IMG/VR virus record: IMGVR_UViG_3300032295_002318
Span: 1 to 59,960 of that record
Strand: one strand, 5' to 3'
DNA from: a virus
Taxonomy: Duplodnaviria > Caudoviricetes
DNA length: 59,960 nucleotides
Numbering within the stretch: the stretch's first letter is position 1; every line of letters starts with the position of its first letter. Made by a program: the position numbers and the translations under genes. The notes beneath the pieces were generated by a model. That model was not told the DNA's origin. It did no database searches and saw nothing but the letters and a program-made list of their open reading frames with translations. Below, piece by piece: positions 1-10,302 of this stretch.

Positions 1-123
1 ACCACTAGTGCCAATTCAGAATCACAACTGCAACGGAATGTCTCATCGTTGTACGTCGGGTCTTTACCGCCGAAGAAATTACGATTCGGGCTAGGCCAAT
101 CCTTGCAGCAATCAACGTCCTGG
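1..123. repeat. Terminal overlap, identical to 59838-59960 (circular contig)
   Basis: accactagtg...aacgtcctgg is repeated at both ends; an ORF reads through the junction. Confidence 0.95.
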
Positions 124-947
124 CCTGCGATTGGAAAATCAAAGTCAACGTAGATTTGCGTCGGGTCGAGGGGATTGTTCTTCAACGTCTTATAGACTTG
201 CGACCTCGTGATGCACTTCGTGTAGTAGGTGACGACAGGGTTCCCACCGATCCCGGTTGCGATTGGATCATAGCTAGGGTCCATCGGCTCGGGGAAATCA
301 GGTAGTCCGTCACAAGCCGTCCCGCTTCCTGCTGGCGCTAACGCCTGCTGTGCCATTGTCTGCATCGTCTTAATGACGTAGAGAACGTCCATCGTTGCAG
401 TAATCAGATAGCCGCATTCGTCCAAGTCCATATCACCGACTTCGGAATTACAAGCCTCATTCGGTATCTTGCATCGAGCTATATTCACCTTTAGGTTTTG
501 AAGCCCGTACTTAACTCGCGCTTGAGTCTGAAGCCTTACGCAATAGTCTCGCGTTCCGATCCCAGGGAAGAACTTAGTTCCTGAACACTGGCTTTCTTCG
601 ATGATTACCCATGCCGTATCGTTCGTGTATTCAAACGCATACCCGTACGGATAAAAATCCTTGTACTCAATCCAGCAAGTGAGGTCTTCATCATTAGCGA
701 ACGTCTGGCATCCTGAGCATGTCGGAAAGTAATCTGCTTGAAGCTCAGTACTAAACAGAGAATTGTCAAGATTGAATTCAGTAATCGTCCAGTTCAACGT
801 TTGCCTAGGGCTATCCACGCATTCTGCCGGTATCCCTGGAGGAAGCACTCCGCCATCTGCATAGAATCGGCAATAGTAATCCGGCAAGTCTTTCATCTCA
901 CCGGAGCCACAACAACAACATGAAGTGCAACCGCCCGCGCATGCCAT
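1..947 (-). CDS. Cys-rich protein spanning the origin (947->1, then 59837->59717; about 355 aa), probable distal tail/virion protein
   Basis: Not in ORF track. ATG at 947 overlaps upstream TGA; MACAGGCTSCCCCGSG...ELALVVEGDCDDNTCF...WILSW*; frame is continuous across the junction. Confidence 0.75.
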   Translation of the reverse strand, partial: MACAGGCTSCCCCGSGEMKDLPDYYCRFYADGGVLPPGIPAECVDSPRQTLNWTITEFNLDNSLFSTELQADYFPTCSGCQTFANDEDLTCWIEYKDFYPYGYAFEYTNDTAWVIIEESQCSGTKFFPGIGTRDYCVRLQTQARVKYGLQNLKVNIARCKIPNEACNSEVGDMDLDECGYLITATMDVLYVIKTMQTMAQQALAPAGSGTACDGLPDFPEPMDPSYDPIATGIGGNPVVTYYTKCITRSQVYKTLKNNPLDPTQIYVDFDFPIAGQDVDCCKDWPSPNRNFFGGKDPTYNDETFRCSCDSELALV

Positions 948-1603
948 CAGTTGCAAACCCCTATGCAAACGTACTTGTTTCGAACTCTCCACACGATGAC
1001 GATTGAGTTCTGAAGTATCGTATCAACGCCTACGTTATAGGCTTTAACGATCTTCGGAGTAGATGAGCCGCCGACCTTCGCTAAGTCATCGCTTGCGTTG
1101 ATCCAATACAGTTCAACGTCATTTGACGAAAGGGAATCGCCAGCCCTGCCAGGGATGCCGCCAGTCGTAACCTTTCCGATCCAGAAGTCAGTAAGTCCAT
1201 GCTTCGCTTCGATGAAGTAGACCGCCTCGCCGGTATCGATGTGCGGTTCAGTTGCATCCTTTGCGACAATCGAAAAACAACTTCCGGTGTCAGATAAAAG
1301 GAATGATCCGTATTTTGGCCCAACGAGTGCACCGGATGTTAGGCTCGTGCTGTCGATCAAAGCTTGCGTTGGAAAGTCTCGCGTTCCGTTCCCGTAGCTG
1401 TCATCTGGCACCGGCTGGATATTGTTGAACAACAACATCGAGGGTTCTTGCAAGTCCTCATCCTCTTGAGTGCACTTGCGGACATTAAACACAATTTCGC
1501 GGTCTTCAATTATCGCGTTCTCGATGACGGTGACTCCGAAGGGTGGAATCTCTTCACCCGTCGTATTCTTGAACGCGAAGTACCGAAGCTGATCGATGTA
1601 CAT
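947..1603 (-). CDS. Hypothetical tail-associated protein
   Basis: 218 aa ORF tightly coupled in tail operon. Confidence 0.6.
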   Translation of the reverse strand: MYIDQLRYFAFKNTTGEEIPPFGVTVIENAIIEDREIVFNVRKCTQEDEDLQEPSMLLFNNIQPVPDDSYGNGTRDFPTQALIDSTSLTSGALVGPKYGSFLLSDTGSCFSIVAKDATEPHIDTGEAVYFIEAKHGLTDFWIGKVTTGGIPGRAGDSLSSNDVELYWINASDDLAKVGGSSTPKIVKAYNVGVDTILQNSIVIVWRVRNKYVCIGVCN

Positions 1604-1604
1604 A

Positions 1605-3506
1605 CTAAAAACCTTTCGCCGCCATGAACTGCTTCAAGTTTCTTGCGTTGCGTACCGCGTTTCCTGGTATGGCGTTGACCTGAGCCCGCTGTGCAATCTT
1701 CGCAGCTTCCTCGTCATACGTCGGGAACATCAATGGGTTTTCCTTTTGCCATTGAACCATTGTGGTGCATTGGCCGGAAGCGTTGCGACTGAACACCACC
1801 GAGGGCATATTGCCATCGGGGGAGATATCAAACGCAAAGCCCTTCATCGGTATCGTGGCTGACTCTGAAATTGATTTTGACGCAACATACTGCTGAGCCT
1901 GTTGCTGATACCACAGCGCGTTCAAAGCCGCTCCAGCATTCGCACGACTCCAATAATGCGTTCCGTCTATGACTACCTTCTCGACAAGTCCAGGCACTGA
2001 GTAATCACTGTTGATCGGCACCGGTATCATCAACCGCATTAACTCCATATCAAATCGACGCCTAAGCTTATGCTGTGCTCGAAGCATAATTTTCGCCGGC
2101 AAGTACGTGTTCTGTTGAACTGCCCCTGCGGGATTTCGATTAACAAAGTAAAGAGGTGTTTCAAGCTTCACAACGCGCGTTTCGGGGTCGAAGCTTACCC
2201 CGCCATTGTAAACCGTGTCAGGGTATTGAGTGCGTAACGTTGGCGTATCGAAGGGCTCGAACTCAGTACCGAGCAATTGATAGTTCGCTGCAATCTGAGC
2301 GTTATTCGTTGCCTGACCAAGCGTGCGAAGTGCGAAGTAACCCATAACTGTAAAATCTTTGCAGTCTTCGTCGAAGTACAGTCTGTAATAGTCATGGTTC
2401 ACAGCAGCAAACTTCCAGCTTGCTGGCGGTTGCGGTCTTGCAGCTTGCTGAGATAGAGGACGATCAATCCACAATGCGTTATCTAAAATGAAATCATCCG
2501 CATTGAACTCGAAATTCAACCCTGCAACCAGTGGATTAAAAAACGGATTCAATAAAGGCCGACGCTGTGAGGAATCGATTCGATACATTTTGAAGATTGT
2601 TCGACGGCATAGCTCACGCTGACGCTTATCGGGAATGCGATTGAAGTTTGGTGGATCAGCGAGTGACCAATCAATTTGGTTCGTGTTTTGATTGATCGGC
2701 CCGTAGTTGAGGCTGCTCAGAGGACGAATAGAACTCGAAGGATTTTCCTTCGCTGGGTCCCACATGTAGCCGACGGGCTCAAGGAAGAAATCATTTTCGA
2801 ACACCTGTCTCTTGAATTCAAAAACAATCGTTTGAGGAACAACCGGAGGGGTAACGGAAACCGAGTAATCCATAACCCTCTGATCGGATGGAATTGATCG
2901 ACCGTAACCAACCGCGTAAAGTCGAACGACGTTATCCCATCCAAGGTACAATCTCAGTCCAAGGTATTGAAGCATTTCCTCAAGACACTCTGTGACCGTT
3001 CTGCCGTCGAAATGTTGCGCAACGCTGTACTGAGTAAACCCTGTGTAATTGCCGTACCTGTCTTCATCAAGCCTCACTACCGCGCCTGCTGGATAGACTT
3101 CGGGTTCACCTTCTCCAACGATATCAAGCAGATAACGAATCGTATCGAGAACGGAAAGGTCATTGGCACGATAAGAGAAGTTAAACCCATAATCAAAGTT
3201 CGTATGCCCAAAAGCATAGGCATACTTCCAACGCCATCGCCGATCCTCAAATTCCACTTCACGATACCGACCATTGACGCCGCTCGTGATCTCCATTCGA
3301 GACACTCGACAATCCGGTATGGTGATCCATTTGTCACCGTAGAAAACTTCCAGGTTTCCGTACTGCGGAAGGTTCGCACTAAGCACGAACTGAGCTCGGA
3401 TTTGATCCGGCATCGTTGTACCTGTCCGCGTGACTTGGAACTCCCCATCGCACCAGATGCCCGCGTAACGAAGCATCCCTTGCGGTGCGTTGCCTGGATT
3501 AGCCAT
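1605..3506 (-). CDS. Putative tail hub/baseplate protein
   Basis: 633 aa; third gene after tape measure; position-based. Confidence 0.5.
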   Translation of the reverse strand: MANPGNAPQGMLRYAGIWCDGEFQVTRTGTTMPDQIRAQFVLSANLPQYGNLEVFYGDKWITIPDCRVSRMEITSGVNGRYREVEFEDRRWRWKYAYAFGHTNFDYGFNFSYRANDLSVLDTIRYLLDIVGEGEPEVYPAGAVVRLDEDRYGNYTGFTQYSVAQHFDGRTVTECLEEMLQYLGLRLYLGWDNVVRLYAVGYGRSIPSDQRVMDYSVSVTPPVVPQTIVFEFKRQVFENDFFLEPVGYMWDPAKENPSSSIRPLSSLNYGPINQNTNQIDWSLADPPNFNRIPDKRQRELCRRTIFKMYRIDSSQRRPLLNPFFNPLVAGLNFEFNADDFILDNALWIDRPLSQQAARPQPPASWKFAAVNHDYYRLYFDEDCKDFTVMGYFALRTLGQATNNAQIAANYQLLGTEFEPFDTPTLRTQYPDTVYNGGVSFDPETRVVKLETPLYFVNRNPAGAVQQNTYLPAKIMLRAQHKLRRRFDMELMRLMIPVPINSDYSVPGLVEKVVIDGTHYWSRANAGAALNALWYQQQAQQYVASKSISESATIPMKGFAFDISPDGNMPSVVFSRNASGQCTTMVQWQKENPLMFPTYDEEAAKIAQRAQVNAIPGNAVRNARNLKQFMAAKGF

Positions 3507-4749
3507 TGATCGTTATCCCTACGCCTAAATCAAGTGAAACGTCAGCAATACGGCAAGCCTGCAACACAACCCCGGCGGTGAATGTGCAATTGTCCAAAGG
3601 GTCGAGAAGCGTACCGCTTGCGAACATATCACAGGCCGCAATCGTCTTGCTGGTCCCAACTCGCCCGAAGTCAATCGTCCCTTGTTGCTCAACGTGTAGT
3701 TTCGTGGTGATCCCGCCTGAGGAATCCCAATTGACCAACGCTTGAGATGACACCTTGACCGTTGCCGCTGTTGCTGCCTTTGCCACTGTGACGCGAGCCT
3801 GTTCACGAGCAATCAGGGTAGTCGTCGGCCCCTCAAGTAGCAAGTTCGCACCGTAGACTTCAATCGTTCCGACGGTGATCGTTGATTGCACGTTGACCGC
3901 AACATTTGCCGAGGCTGATACCCCTTGGGTAGTCCCCTTGATGATGTCCAAGGTGGAAACGTTTCCACTCGATGACGCCGAAATCGCAAGAGAACCCGCG
4001 TAAACTCGCACTGTAGAACCGCTTCCCGGATTGCGTAGCTCGAACGCATAAGCCTGCGTCGAGTTGGTTCCCGAGCCGCTTAGAGTGTAGGTGACGTTCG
4101 ACGCCTGAACATCGATTCGACAACGTGAAGTAAAGGCACCAACGCCGTACCCTAGATTGATCGCAATCGCTGATCCAGTCCCAAGGGTAAGCAAGGTTGT
4201 TCGGTATTCTGGATACCCCGAAGCGTTTCGATCTGGCAAGCCTACCTGCCCGGTGAACGTTGCGTCGATCGTAAGGCTTGCGTAGTTGTTCGTGTCAGCC
4301 AGTCCGTAGAGAATCGATACGTCCGAGTCTCGAACGATGATATCGTCCGCCGCGCTTGGTAATGATCCGCCTTGCCAGTTGCCAGCAACGTTCCAAAAGT
4401 TTGGGCCGCTTGCCGATGTTGGCTCTGTGACTGTTGCCGTACCGGTCGTTGCCGAAGCTGTAACGGTGCAAGGCACCCCGGCATTGATCGCGGTAAGCTG
4501 CAAGCCGGATAACGTAGGGTCTTCGCGTCGAGCTGCGACCATTTCCCGGTGCTCTGGTTCTGCGGAGCTGTTCCAAGCGTTGACAAGCGCATCGATCAAG
4601 TCACCGAGGGAAGTTGACGCCGCGACCGCGCTAACGGTCTTCCCGTTGATCGTCACCGAGTAGGTGTTCGTCGATACGATCGAAGAAAAAACAACCTTCG
4701 CTATTTGTGCAACGCTTGCCGCGCGTCCGATCCAATATTTTGTTGCCAT
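3499..4749 (-). CDS. Putative tail structural protein (Ser/Thr/Gly/Ala-rich, beta-rich)
   Basis: 416 aa; composition and position. Confidence 0.5.
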   Translation of the reverse strand: MATKYWIGRAASVAQIAKVVFSSIVSTNTYSVTINGKTVSAVAASTSLGDLIDALVNAWNSSAEPEHREMVAARREDPTLSGLQLTAINAGVPCTVTASATTGTATVTEPTSASGPNFWNVAGNWQGGSLPSAADDIIVRDSDVSILYGLADTNNYASLTIDATFTGQVGLPDRNASGYPEYRTTLLTLGTGSAIAINLGYGVGAFTSRCRIDVQASNVTYTLSGSGTNSTQAYAFELRNPGSGSTVRVYAGSLAISASSSGNVSTLDIIKGTTQGVSASANVAVNVQSTITVGTIEVYGANLLLEGPTTTLIAREQARVTVAKAATAATVKVSSQALVNWDSSGGITTKLHVEQQGTIDFGRVGTSKTIAACDMFASGTLLDPLDNCTFTAGVVLQACRIADVSLDLGVGITING

Positions 4750-4752
4750 CGC

Positions 4753-5481
4753 TTACCCCTGATTATTCCTGTGTGGATCGCCGAAAAGTTTAACTGGCCA
4801 TTCGTATTGATACTCCCAGTTCACGCGATAGTGAGTATCTACCTTGCCCTTGAATTGTGCGTCACTCTTTACAATCTTCGGTGCCTGAAGCAACGCGAAG
4901 GGCCAAATCGGAGGCGGGATTTTCGGGTACGCCAGCAAGCCCGTAGCCGATCCCGATTGCGTGTACTTGTAGCTTTTCTTTTGAAACGCAACCTGCCGTT
5001 CTGCAAGGTTTACTGCACCGCCGACGTAGACATAAGTAAGCCCGCCTTGATCTTCTGTAAGCTCTTCGGTGAAGTCGATTAAGTCCAAGCCGCCCTGCCC
5101 CACGTATTGCACCCCTTCGAGCGATACGCGATACGCTAGGCCAGTTGCGTATACTTCCGCGTCCGATGTTGGGAACGTGTAATCAATCAAGTACGGACCC
5201 TGCATCAATTGCCCTGGATCGAGCACGTAGGGAGTTGCTTCGCCCTGGTCACCAAGCAATCTGCAAATCGGGTCTTTCGATCGAAATGCCGCCTCTAACG
5301 CTGCTATCTCTGACGAGGTGATCGCTTGCGTTGCGACTGGGAAGTTCACCACGCGCCCGGTAATCTCCCAACGGATTTTCATCGCCTCAATGCGTCGCGT
5401 GTAATCGTAGACCGGTGAGTACGACGGAACGACAACCGCTTCGTTATTTGGCCTTCTGATCGATCCGACTTGTAGAATCAT
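4753..5481 (-). CDS. Putative distal tail protein
   Basis: 242 aa directly after tape measure. Confidence 0.45.
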   Translation of the reverse strand: MILQVGSIRRPNNEAVVVPSYSPVYDYTRRIEAMKIRWEITGRVVNFPVATQAITSSEIAALEAAFRSKDPICRLLGDQGEATPYVLDPGQLMQGPYLIDYTFPTSDAEVYATGLAYRVSLEGVQYVGQGGLDLIDFTEELTEDQGGLTYVYVGGAVNLAERQVAFQKKSYKYTQSGSATGLLAYPKIPPPIWPFALLQAPKIVKSDAQFKGKVDTHYRVNWEYQYEWPVKLFGDPHRNNQG

Positions 5482-7694
5482 GGTATCCTCGAAAACCTTC
5501 GTTGCGACGCCTCTTCAAGTTCCCGAATTCTCGTGCCCTGCAATCCGATCTGACTAGCAAGGTTCTGTAGGATTGTATTGTATTGCGCGTCGATTTGCTT
5601 ATTGATTTCCTTCGCAACCGCCGCCGCGTCAATATCGAGCTTGGCTACTACGTCGGCCTTCGCCTTAACCGCAACTTCGATTTGTTGCCGCTGTGTTTCA
5701 AGCTGTTGGATGCGTGCTAGGTCTTGAGTCTGGAAGGCACCGAATCCGCCTTGCTGAGCCCTTCGCCTTGCCTCTGCGGTGATCTGTTCATCCATCGCGC
5801 CCGAGAAGCCTCGAATCTTCCGAAGCTCTTCAGCTCCCACGTTGCCGGCCCCAGCTTGGAAACGTCTCTGAATGTCGATGAGTTGTTGTTGCTCGTCAAC
5901 GTTGAGCATCCCGAAGCGTTCTTCGGCGCTCATCATCGCGTTTCGTTCTGCTTCTAGCCGACTCTCAACGCTTCGCAGCTTGTCCTCTTCGGATCGCAAC
6001 GCCGTTTGAGCCGCAGCGCGTTGCTCTTGGTGAATCTCGCGTTCGACTGCTAGCCGTTGCTGACTCCACTGAATGACCTGTCGTGCTCTATTTTCCGCTG
6101 AGGCTGATTGATCGTTTTCCGCGTTGGCAATCTGCGAGATTATTTCCGCGCGTCGCTCTTCGGCACTCATCGCGGAGATTCGAGCCGCTAGGCTTGCTTG
6201 CTGTGCTTGGGCCTGTTGGTTCTCTAAGGTTTCGCGTTCACGGATTAGCTCGTTGATTGCGGCTTGGTCCCTTGCGTCGAGTTCGAGGGCAAGGGCTCTT
6301 TGACGCCTGAAAGTATCTAGCCTTTTCTCAGCCGCTTCCATGTCGTTGTAAGCTTTTTGCGTATCCCCTCCTTCGTCGGCAAAAAACCCGCCGCTTCTGG
6401 TATTACGCATGATCTGAAAAAACGGATTGAATCCCGAAGTACCGATGCCCTCGATCACTCCACCGGGAGCTGATCCCCTTCCAATGCCGTTCTTCAATGC
6501 GTCTGCTGCTGTGACCGCCGCAACTCCTAACCCTGCAATTGCACCAGCCGCCGCTCCAATTGAAGCAAGGAAAACAGATATTCCTGAGCCGCCAGCAGCT
6601 AGACCGACGGTGCCGGCAACGCCTGCAATACTTCCACCGACGCCCGCCGCAGCTTGAACACCACGAGCCATCAACGGCAAGTCCGAAGCAACTTGACCAG
6701 CCGCGCCCGCAGCTTGAGCCGCATTCATGGCTAGCTGTGCTTCTGTAGTCAGCAAAACTACCTTTCGATAGGCATCATAGCCATCGGAAGCCGCCTTGAT
6801 GCCCTTCGCCAACCCGGTAAAGATTTCAACAGTACCTTGGATTGCCAAAAGAGAATCAGTCAGCTTTTGAAGGTCTGTTTCACCGATCAAACCAAGCTTG
6901 GCAATACCGCCAGCGAACTTCATAACCGACTCGGTACCTTCGGCGAATGCCCCGATCATGGCACTAGCCGAAGAATTGATCTCGGAATATCTCCGCTGAG
7001 ATTCCTGGTTTAGCTTTTCCTCTTCGGCGCTTCGTCGCTTGATCTCATTGATCGCGTCGTTGACGTTCTTTTGCCGTTCCTTCGCATCCGCAGCCCTGAA
7101 TCGATCTTCCGCCTTGGATCGATTTTCCATCGAGGCAACGACTTCCTCTTCAAGTCGCTTTGCGTTCTCAATCTCAGAATCGGTGATCTCATCAGCGTAG
7201 AAAATCGCCTTCTCGCGTAAACGCCTGATCTCGGTATCGTACGCCTCGTAAGCCGCCTTCTCTGCATCTAATGCGCCTTGCAGCAAGTGACGTTCACGAT
7301 CCATCGCCTCCTTCGCGATTACCTCACGCTCAGCGTAAAGCTCTTCGATTGCCAGAACCGAATAGTCTTTGATTTCCGTCTGCCTTGCTGCCTCTTCCTT
7401 CGCCCGTTGCTCTTGAGCACTTGCGTAGGCTTTCGCCGCTCGGTCAGTGACTTGGAAAAACTCATCGACCGCCTTCGTTGAATCATCGGCTGATTGAACT
7501 GTAGCCTGTGTAGCTTGCTCTGTAGCGTTCTGCAATGCCGCCGCTGTTTCGGTAGCCGATGTTCGAATGACCTCATCGATCGCCGATTGCTTCGAAGCAA
7601 TGTCCTGGGCGAACTGCTCAATAACTTGTTTCGCCGCTGGATCAACGTTCGCCTTGAGGACGAACACTACCCCACGTTCAGCATTTTCAGCCAT
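5478..7694 (-). CDS. Tape measure protein
   Basis: 738 aa, Ala/Glu/Gln-rich helical with central Gly/Ala hydrophobic stretch; follows chaperone frameshift pair. Confidence 0.8.
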   Translation of the reverse strand: MAENAERGVVFVLKANVDPAAKQVIEQFAQDIASKQSAIDEVIRTSATETAAALQNATEQATQATVQSADDSTKAVDEFFQVTDRAAKAYASAQEQRAKEEAARQTEIKDYSVLAIEELYAEREVIAKEAMDRERHLLQGALDAEKAAYEAYDTEIRRLREKAIFYADEITDSEIENAKRLEEEVVASMENRSKAEDRFRAADAKERQKNVNDAINEIKRRSAEEEKLNQESQRRYSEINSSASAMIGAFAEGTESVMKFAGGIAKLGLIGETDLQKLTDSLLAIQGTVEIFTGLAKGIKAASDGYDAYRKVVLLTTEAQLAMNAAQAAGAAGQVASDLPLMARGVQAAAGVGGSIAGVAGTVGLAAGGSGISVFLASIGAAAGAIAGLGVAAVTAADALKNGIGRGSAPGGVIEGIGTSGFNPFFQIMRNTRSGGFFADEGGDTQKAYNDMEAAEKRLDTFRRQRALALELDARDQAAINELIRERETLENQQAQAQQASLAARISAMSAEERRAEIISQIANAENDQSASAENRARQVIQWSQQRLAVEREIHQEQRAAAQTALRSEEDKLRSVESRLEAERNAMMSAEERFGMLNVDEQQQLIDIQRRFQAGAGNVGAEELRKIRGFSGAMDEQITAEARRRAQQGGFGAFQTQDLARIQQLETQRQQIEVAVKAKADVVAKLDIDAAAVAKEINKQIDAQYNTILQNLASQIGLQGTRIRELEEASQRRFSRIP

Positions 7695-8089
7695 TGAGAA
7701 GCACTCCCCACGATTGCGGCCTCAAGGGAATTCCTCGCGACCTTTTCTTCGATCTCTCGCATCTGTCCGAAGGCTTGCATCAGCCACCAGTCGCTTCGCT
7801 CGGCCTCGTTGAGCATTGCGCCACCGGTTGCCCTGGAAGCGTTGTAAAGCTCAATCACGGCCTCTTGCAATGCGTTCAAATCCGGCTTGTTATTGTAGTG
7901 CCCTTTTGCACACCCGATTGATGACTCGCAGGGCACCTTGTGCGTTCTCGCCGCGTAACCGTTTCCGTCTCGAGACTTGATCGGCTGACCGCTTTCCTCG
8001 TCGAACATGATCTTTCGGCAAAGGTCACACGGTCGAGCCGCGAGCGTTGGATTCGTCAGTCGCAGCGTGAACGCGCTCAGGATTTTTTT
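7667..8089 (-). CDS. Tail assembly chaperone, frameshift extension (gpT-like)
   Basis: -1 frame from slippery site is open (ILSAFTLRLTNP...CDLCRKIMFDEE) and continuous with ORF 7667-8008. Confidence 0.7.
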   Translation of the reverse strand, partial: KKILSAFTLRLTNPTLAARPCDLCRKIMFDEESGQPIKSRDGNGYAARTHKVPCESSIGCAKGHYNNKPDLNALQEAVIELYNASRATGGAMLNEAERSDWWLMQAFGQMREIEEKVARNSLEAAIVGSASQWLKMLNVG

Positions 8090-8472
8090 AGTTCACCTTC
8101 CGGCGTGCCCGTTTCGCCTTCCTGCAAGTACTTTGCCGGGATCGGTTCCGTCGAGTCGGCTTGCAAGATGATGAAGTAGATTTTCAATAACAGAGGGTGA
8201 TTGAGCAACTTCACGCGCTCAGCATCACAGGGAGCACCGAAACTCCAATGAGAAATATGCGACGTTACGAATTTCTGCATTGATTCAATCAACGCTTCAG
8301 CATTGAGTGCAATCTGTTTTGTCTCGGAGTGTTGCTTTTCTACCGTTGTCGGATCAGGCTTGCGATAGCGGAAGAATGCTTCCGGGTATCTTCCTTCCTT
8401 CGCGGAGAAGTAAGCCGGGGTTGCAACGCCTGCCCGAACGAATGGGTCTTTCCAACTCATACGATACCTCAA
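8077..8472 (-). CDS. Tail assembly chaperone (gpG-like)
   Basis: Between tail tube and tape measure; ends CTA AAA AAA TCC TGA. Confidence 0.7.
   Translation of the reverse strand: MRYRMSWKDPFVRAGVATPAYFSAKEGRYPEAFFRYRKPDPTTVEKQHSETKQIALNAEALIESMQKFVTSHISHWSFGAPCDAERVKLLNHPLLLKIYFIILQADSTEPIPAKYLQEGETGTPEGELKKS
8083..8089 (-). other. -1 programmed frameshift slippery heptamer A AAA AAA
   Basis: X XXY YYZ in correct frame; -1 frame open into next ORF. Confidence 0.75.
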
Positions 8473-8473
8473 T

Positions 8474-8498
8474 AAAAAAGGGGACGGAAATGTCCCCT
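8474..8498 (-). terminator. Intrinsic terminator after tail tube gene
   Basis: AGGGGAC-ATTTCC-GTCCCCT followed by T-run on - strand. Confidence 0.7.
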
Positions 8499-8524
8499 GA
8501 GTATAGCAAGCGATTGAGCAAACG

Positions 8525-9412
8525 CTAAACAGTTGTCTTCACAACGCGGATTTGATTATCGTCTGCGTTGGTCGTTGTGTTCGTCTTGCGGAACGCTTCG
8601 AACTGTAAAGGCATCGCAATTCTTCCACGGCCCGGAACGGTAGGCCCGCCGCTCATGTACTTGAGATTCCCGAAGTGGATCGTATACGTCGTGGTTCCGT
8701 CAGTAATCGCCAGCGATGCCGTTTGACCTGCTACCGCTGCATCATAGAGGGCAAGCGTATCGGATCGGAACGCGCAATCGAGCGACAATTGAACGATCAA
8801 ATCCTGAGCTTCAAACCGCGTCGGAGTCAGGGAGTTTTCGTACTGGTTCTGATCGATCGCATTGTCAATCGATAATCGGAATGAACGCATTTTGTACGCC
8901 GTCGAGTTGTACGTGAAGGTGCAATCGGAAAGCACGAACGCCGTACCGCATTCAGGCACCGGAGTTGTCGGGTAGGTCGAGCCGTAGACCTCTTCCTCTT
9001 CACCGACGCAAGCAACGTTCCAGTTCAAGTACTGCGATTCTTGCCCGCTGATTTCCAGGGAGTTGATTCGCAGCTTTTTGTAGCTGTAAATCGCCGCGAC
9101 TTTATCAACGAGGGCGTACCATTCGTTTATTGTCTCACCGGGAAGGAACGGACTTCCGCCGCTATGACCTATCCCGCGAGAAAAGAACCAATCGATTTCC
9201 TGAACGCCGAAGTTTCCGACAATGTTTCCACCGGACTTATCGGTCACGGTTCGCGTTCGGCAGCTTGCTCGTTGCCGGGTTCCACGGTGCCCCATGTGCG
9301 TAACGTTCGTTCGCTGTCCGACGAGGGAGCATTCGTTGAACGCAACCCCGATACCGGATGCCCATGTCGTGCTATCAGATACGATCAACCGACTTGCTGT
9401 TGCTTGGCTCAT
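8525..9412 (-). CDS. Major tail tube protein
   Basis: 295 aa, beta-rich; own promoter motif and terminator; precedes chaperones. Confidence 0.7.
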   Translation of the reverse strand: MSQATASRLIVSDSTTWASGIGVAFNECSLVGQRTNVTHMGHRGTRQRASCRTRTVTDKSGGNIVGNFGVQEIDWFFSRGIGHSGGSPFLPGETINEWYALVDKVAAIYSYKKLRINSLEISGQESQYLNWNVACVGEEEEVYGSTYPTTPVPECGTAFVLSDCTFTYNSTAYKMRSFRLSIDNAIDQNQYENSLTPTRFEAQDLIVQLSLDCAFRSDTLALYDAAVAGQTASLAITDGTTTYTIHFGNLKYMSGGPTVPGRGRIAMPLQFEAFRKTNTTTNADDNQIRVVKTTV

Positions 9413-9442
9413 GATTCCCTCAGGTGAAAATTGACGCTCGCT

Positions 9443-9465
9443 ATCTTACTCGCGCTATGCTCACT
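9443..9465 (-). promoter_or_regulatory. Putative late promoter AGTGAGCA-N9-TAAGAT
   Basis: One of five copies with fixed spacing ahead of late genes. Confidence 0.65.
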
Positions 9466-9778
9466 CAACGCGACCGTACACCGGTGCGCCGTTGCGAAGA
9501 TGAAGCACTTTGTCCGTTGGCCTTGGGTATCGATCGCCCGGCAACGCCTCATTCGGCACACCACCAAAGCAAGCCTCATACAAGCCGCTTGCATCCTCGA
9601 TTGTGTCGGCCAATGCGTACCGCCCATCGAGCATCCAAACGCCATCGATGACGGCTTTCGTTTCCGATTGCTCAATATTTGTAACGTTGTTTTTTTCTGC
9701 AACTTGCTCTTGAACGTGTTCCGGCGCTGGAAACGTTTCCAAAGTTGTACTATTTGTTTCTTCCGTTTTCCTTGGCAT
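9461..9778 (-). CDS. Hypothetical protein carrying both palindrome motifs in its 5' part
   Basis: 105 aa, coupled to neighbours. Confidence 0.55.
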   Translation of the reverse strand: MPRKTEETNSTTLETFPAPEHVQEQVAEKNNVTNIEQSETKAVIDGVWMLDGRYALADTIEDASGLYEACFGGVPNEALPGDRYPRPTDKVLHLRNGAPVYGRVE

Positions 9779-9780
9779 TT

Positions 9781-10302
9781 CTACAGATTCCTTGAATCAA
9801 GTCTATCCATCGTGCATCGAATTCCGATGACGCATGAGCTGGCATCGTACCCGCCCTCGAAGGCAGGATCAACGAAGGGAGTCGCGAAGGAAAGTTCGAT
9901 CGATTGTATCTTCGTCGTCGGAAACTTTCCCGCTGTGGTTGCTGTGTTGAGTGCGGTCTGAGCCGTAGTTCGAATGCTGCTAGGCATGAAGCCATGCGAC
10001 TTGCTTTCGAAGATGTTTTCGATCCTCTCGATTGCGCCCAAGTGCGATTCCATGTTCCCGGCAAGGTCTGAGTCAGAAGGATCGCTAACGACGATCAGGA
10101 AGCGAAAGATACGCTCATCCTGCGAGTTCTCACCCGCTACACGCTCGGTTTGCAATGGCACGACGCGACCGCCTGCAACCCAGGTACGGCCCCGGTTATA
10201 GGGTTTCTTGCGAAGTACGAACGCTCTTGAGGAAAGGTCTGGGTCTGCGTTCAGGACTGCGACTATCGCATCCCCCAGAATTTTTATTCTCGACCCAAGC
10301 AT
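9781..10302 (-). CDS. Putative tail terminator/neck protein
   Basis: 173 aa; position before tail tube. Confidence 0.5.
   Translation of the reverse strand: MLGSRIKILGDAIVAVLNADPDLSSRAFVLRKKPYNRGRTWVAGGRVVPLQTERVAGENSQDERIFRFLIVVSDPSDSDLAGNMESHLGAIERIENIFESKSHGFMPSSIRTTAQTALNTATTAGKFPTTKIQSIELSFATPFVDPAFEGGYDASSCVIGIRCTMDRLDSRNL

Noticed and set aside
1-123. Physical direct terminal repeat
   Set aside because: An ORF runs through it and its length suits an assembler overlap; it shows circularity only
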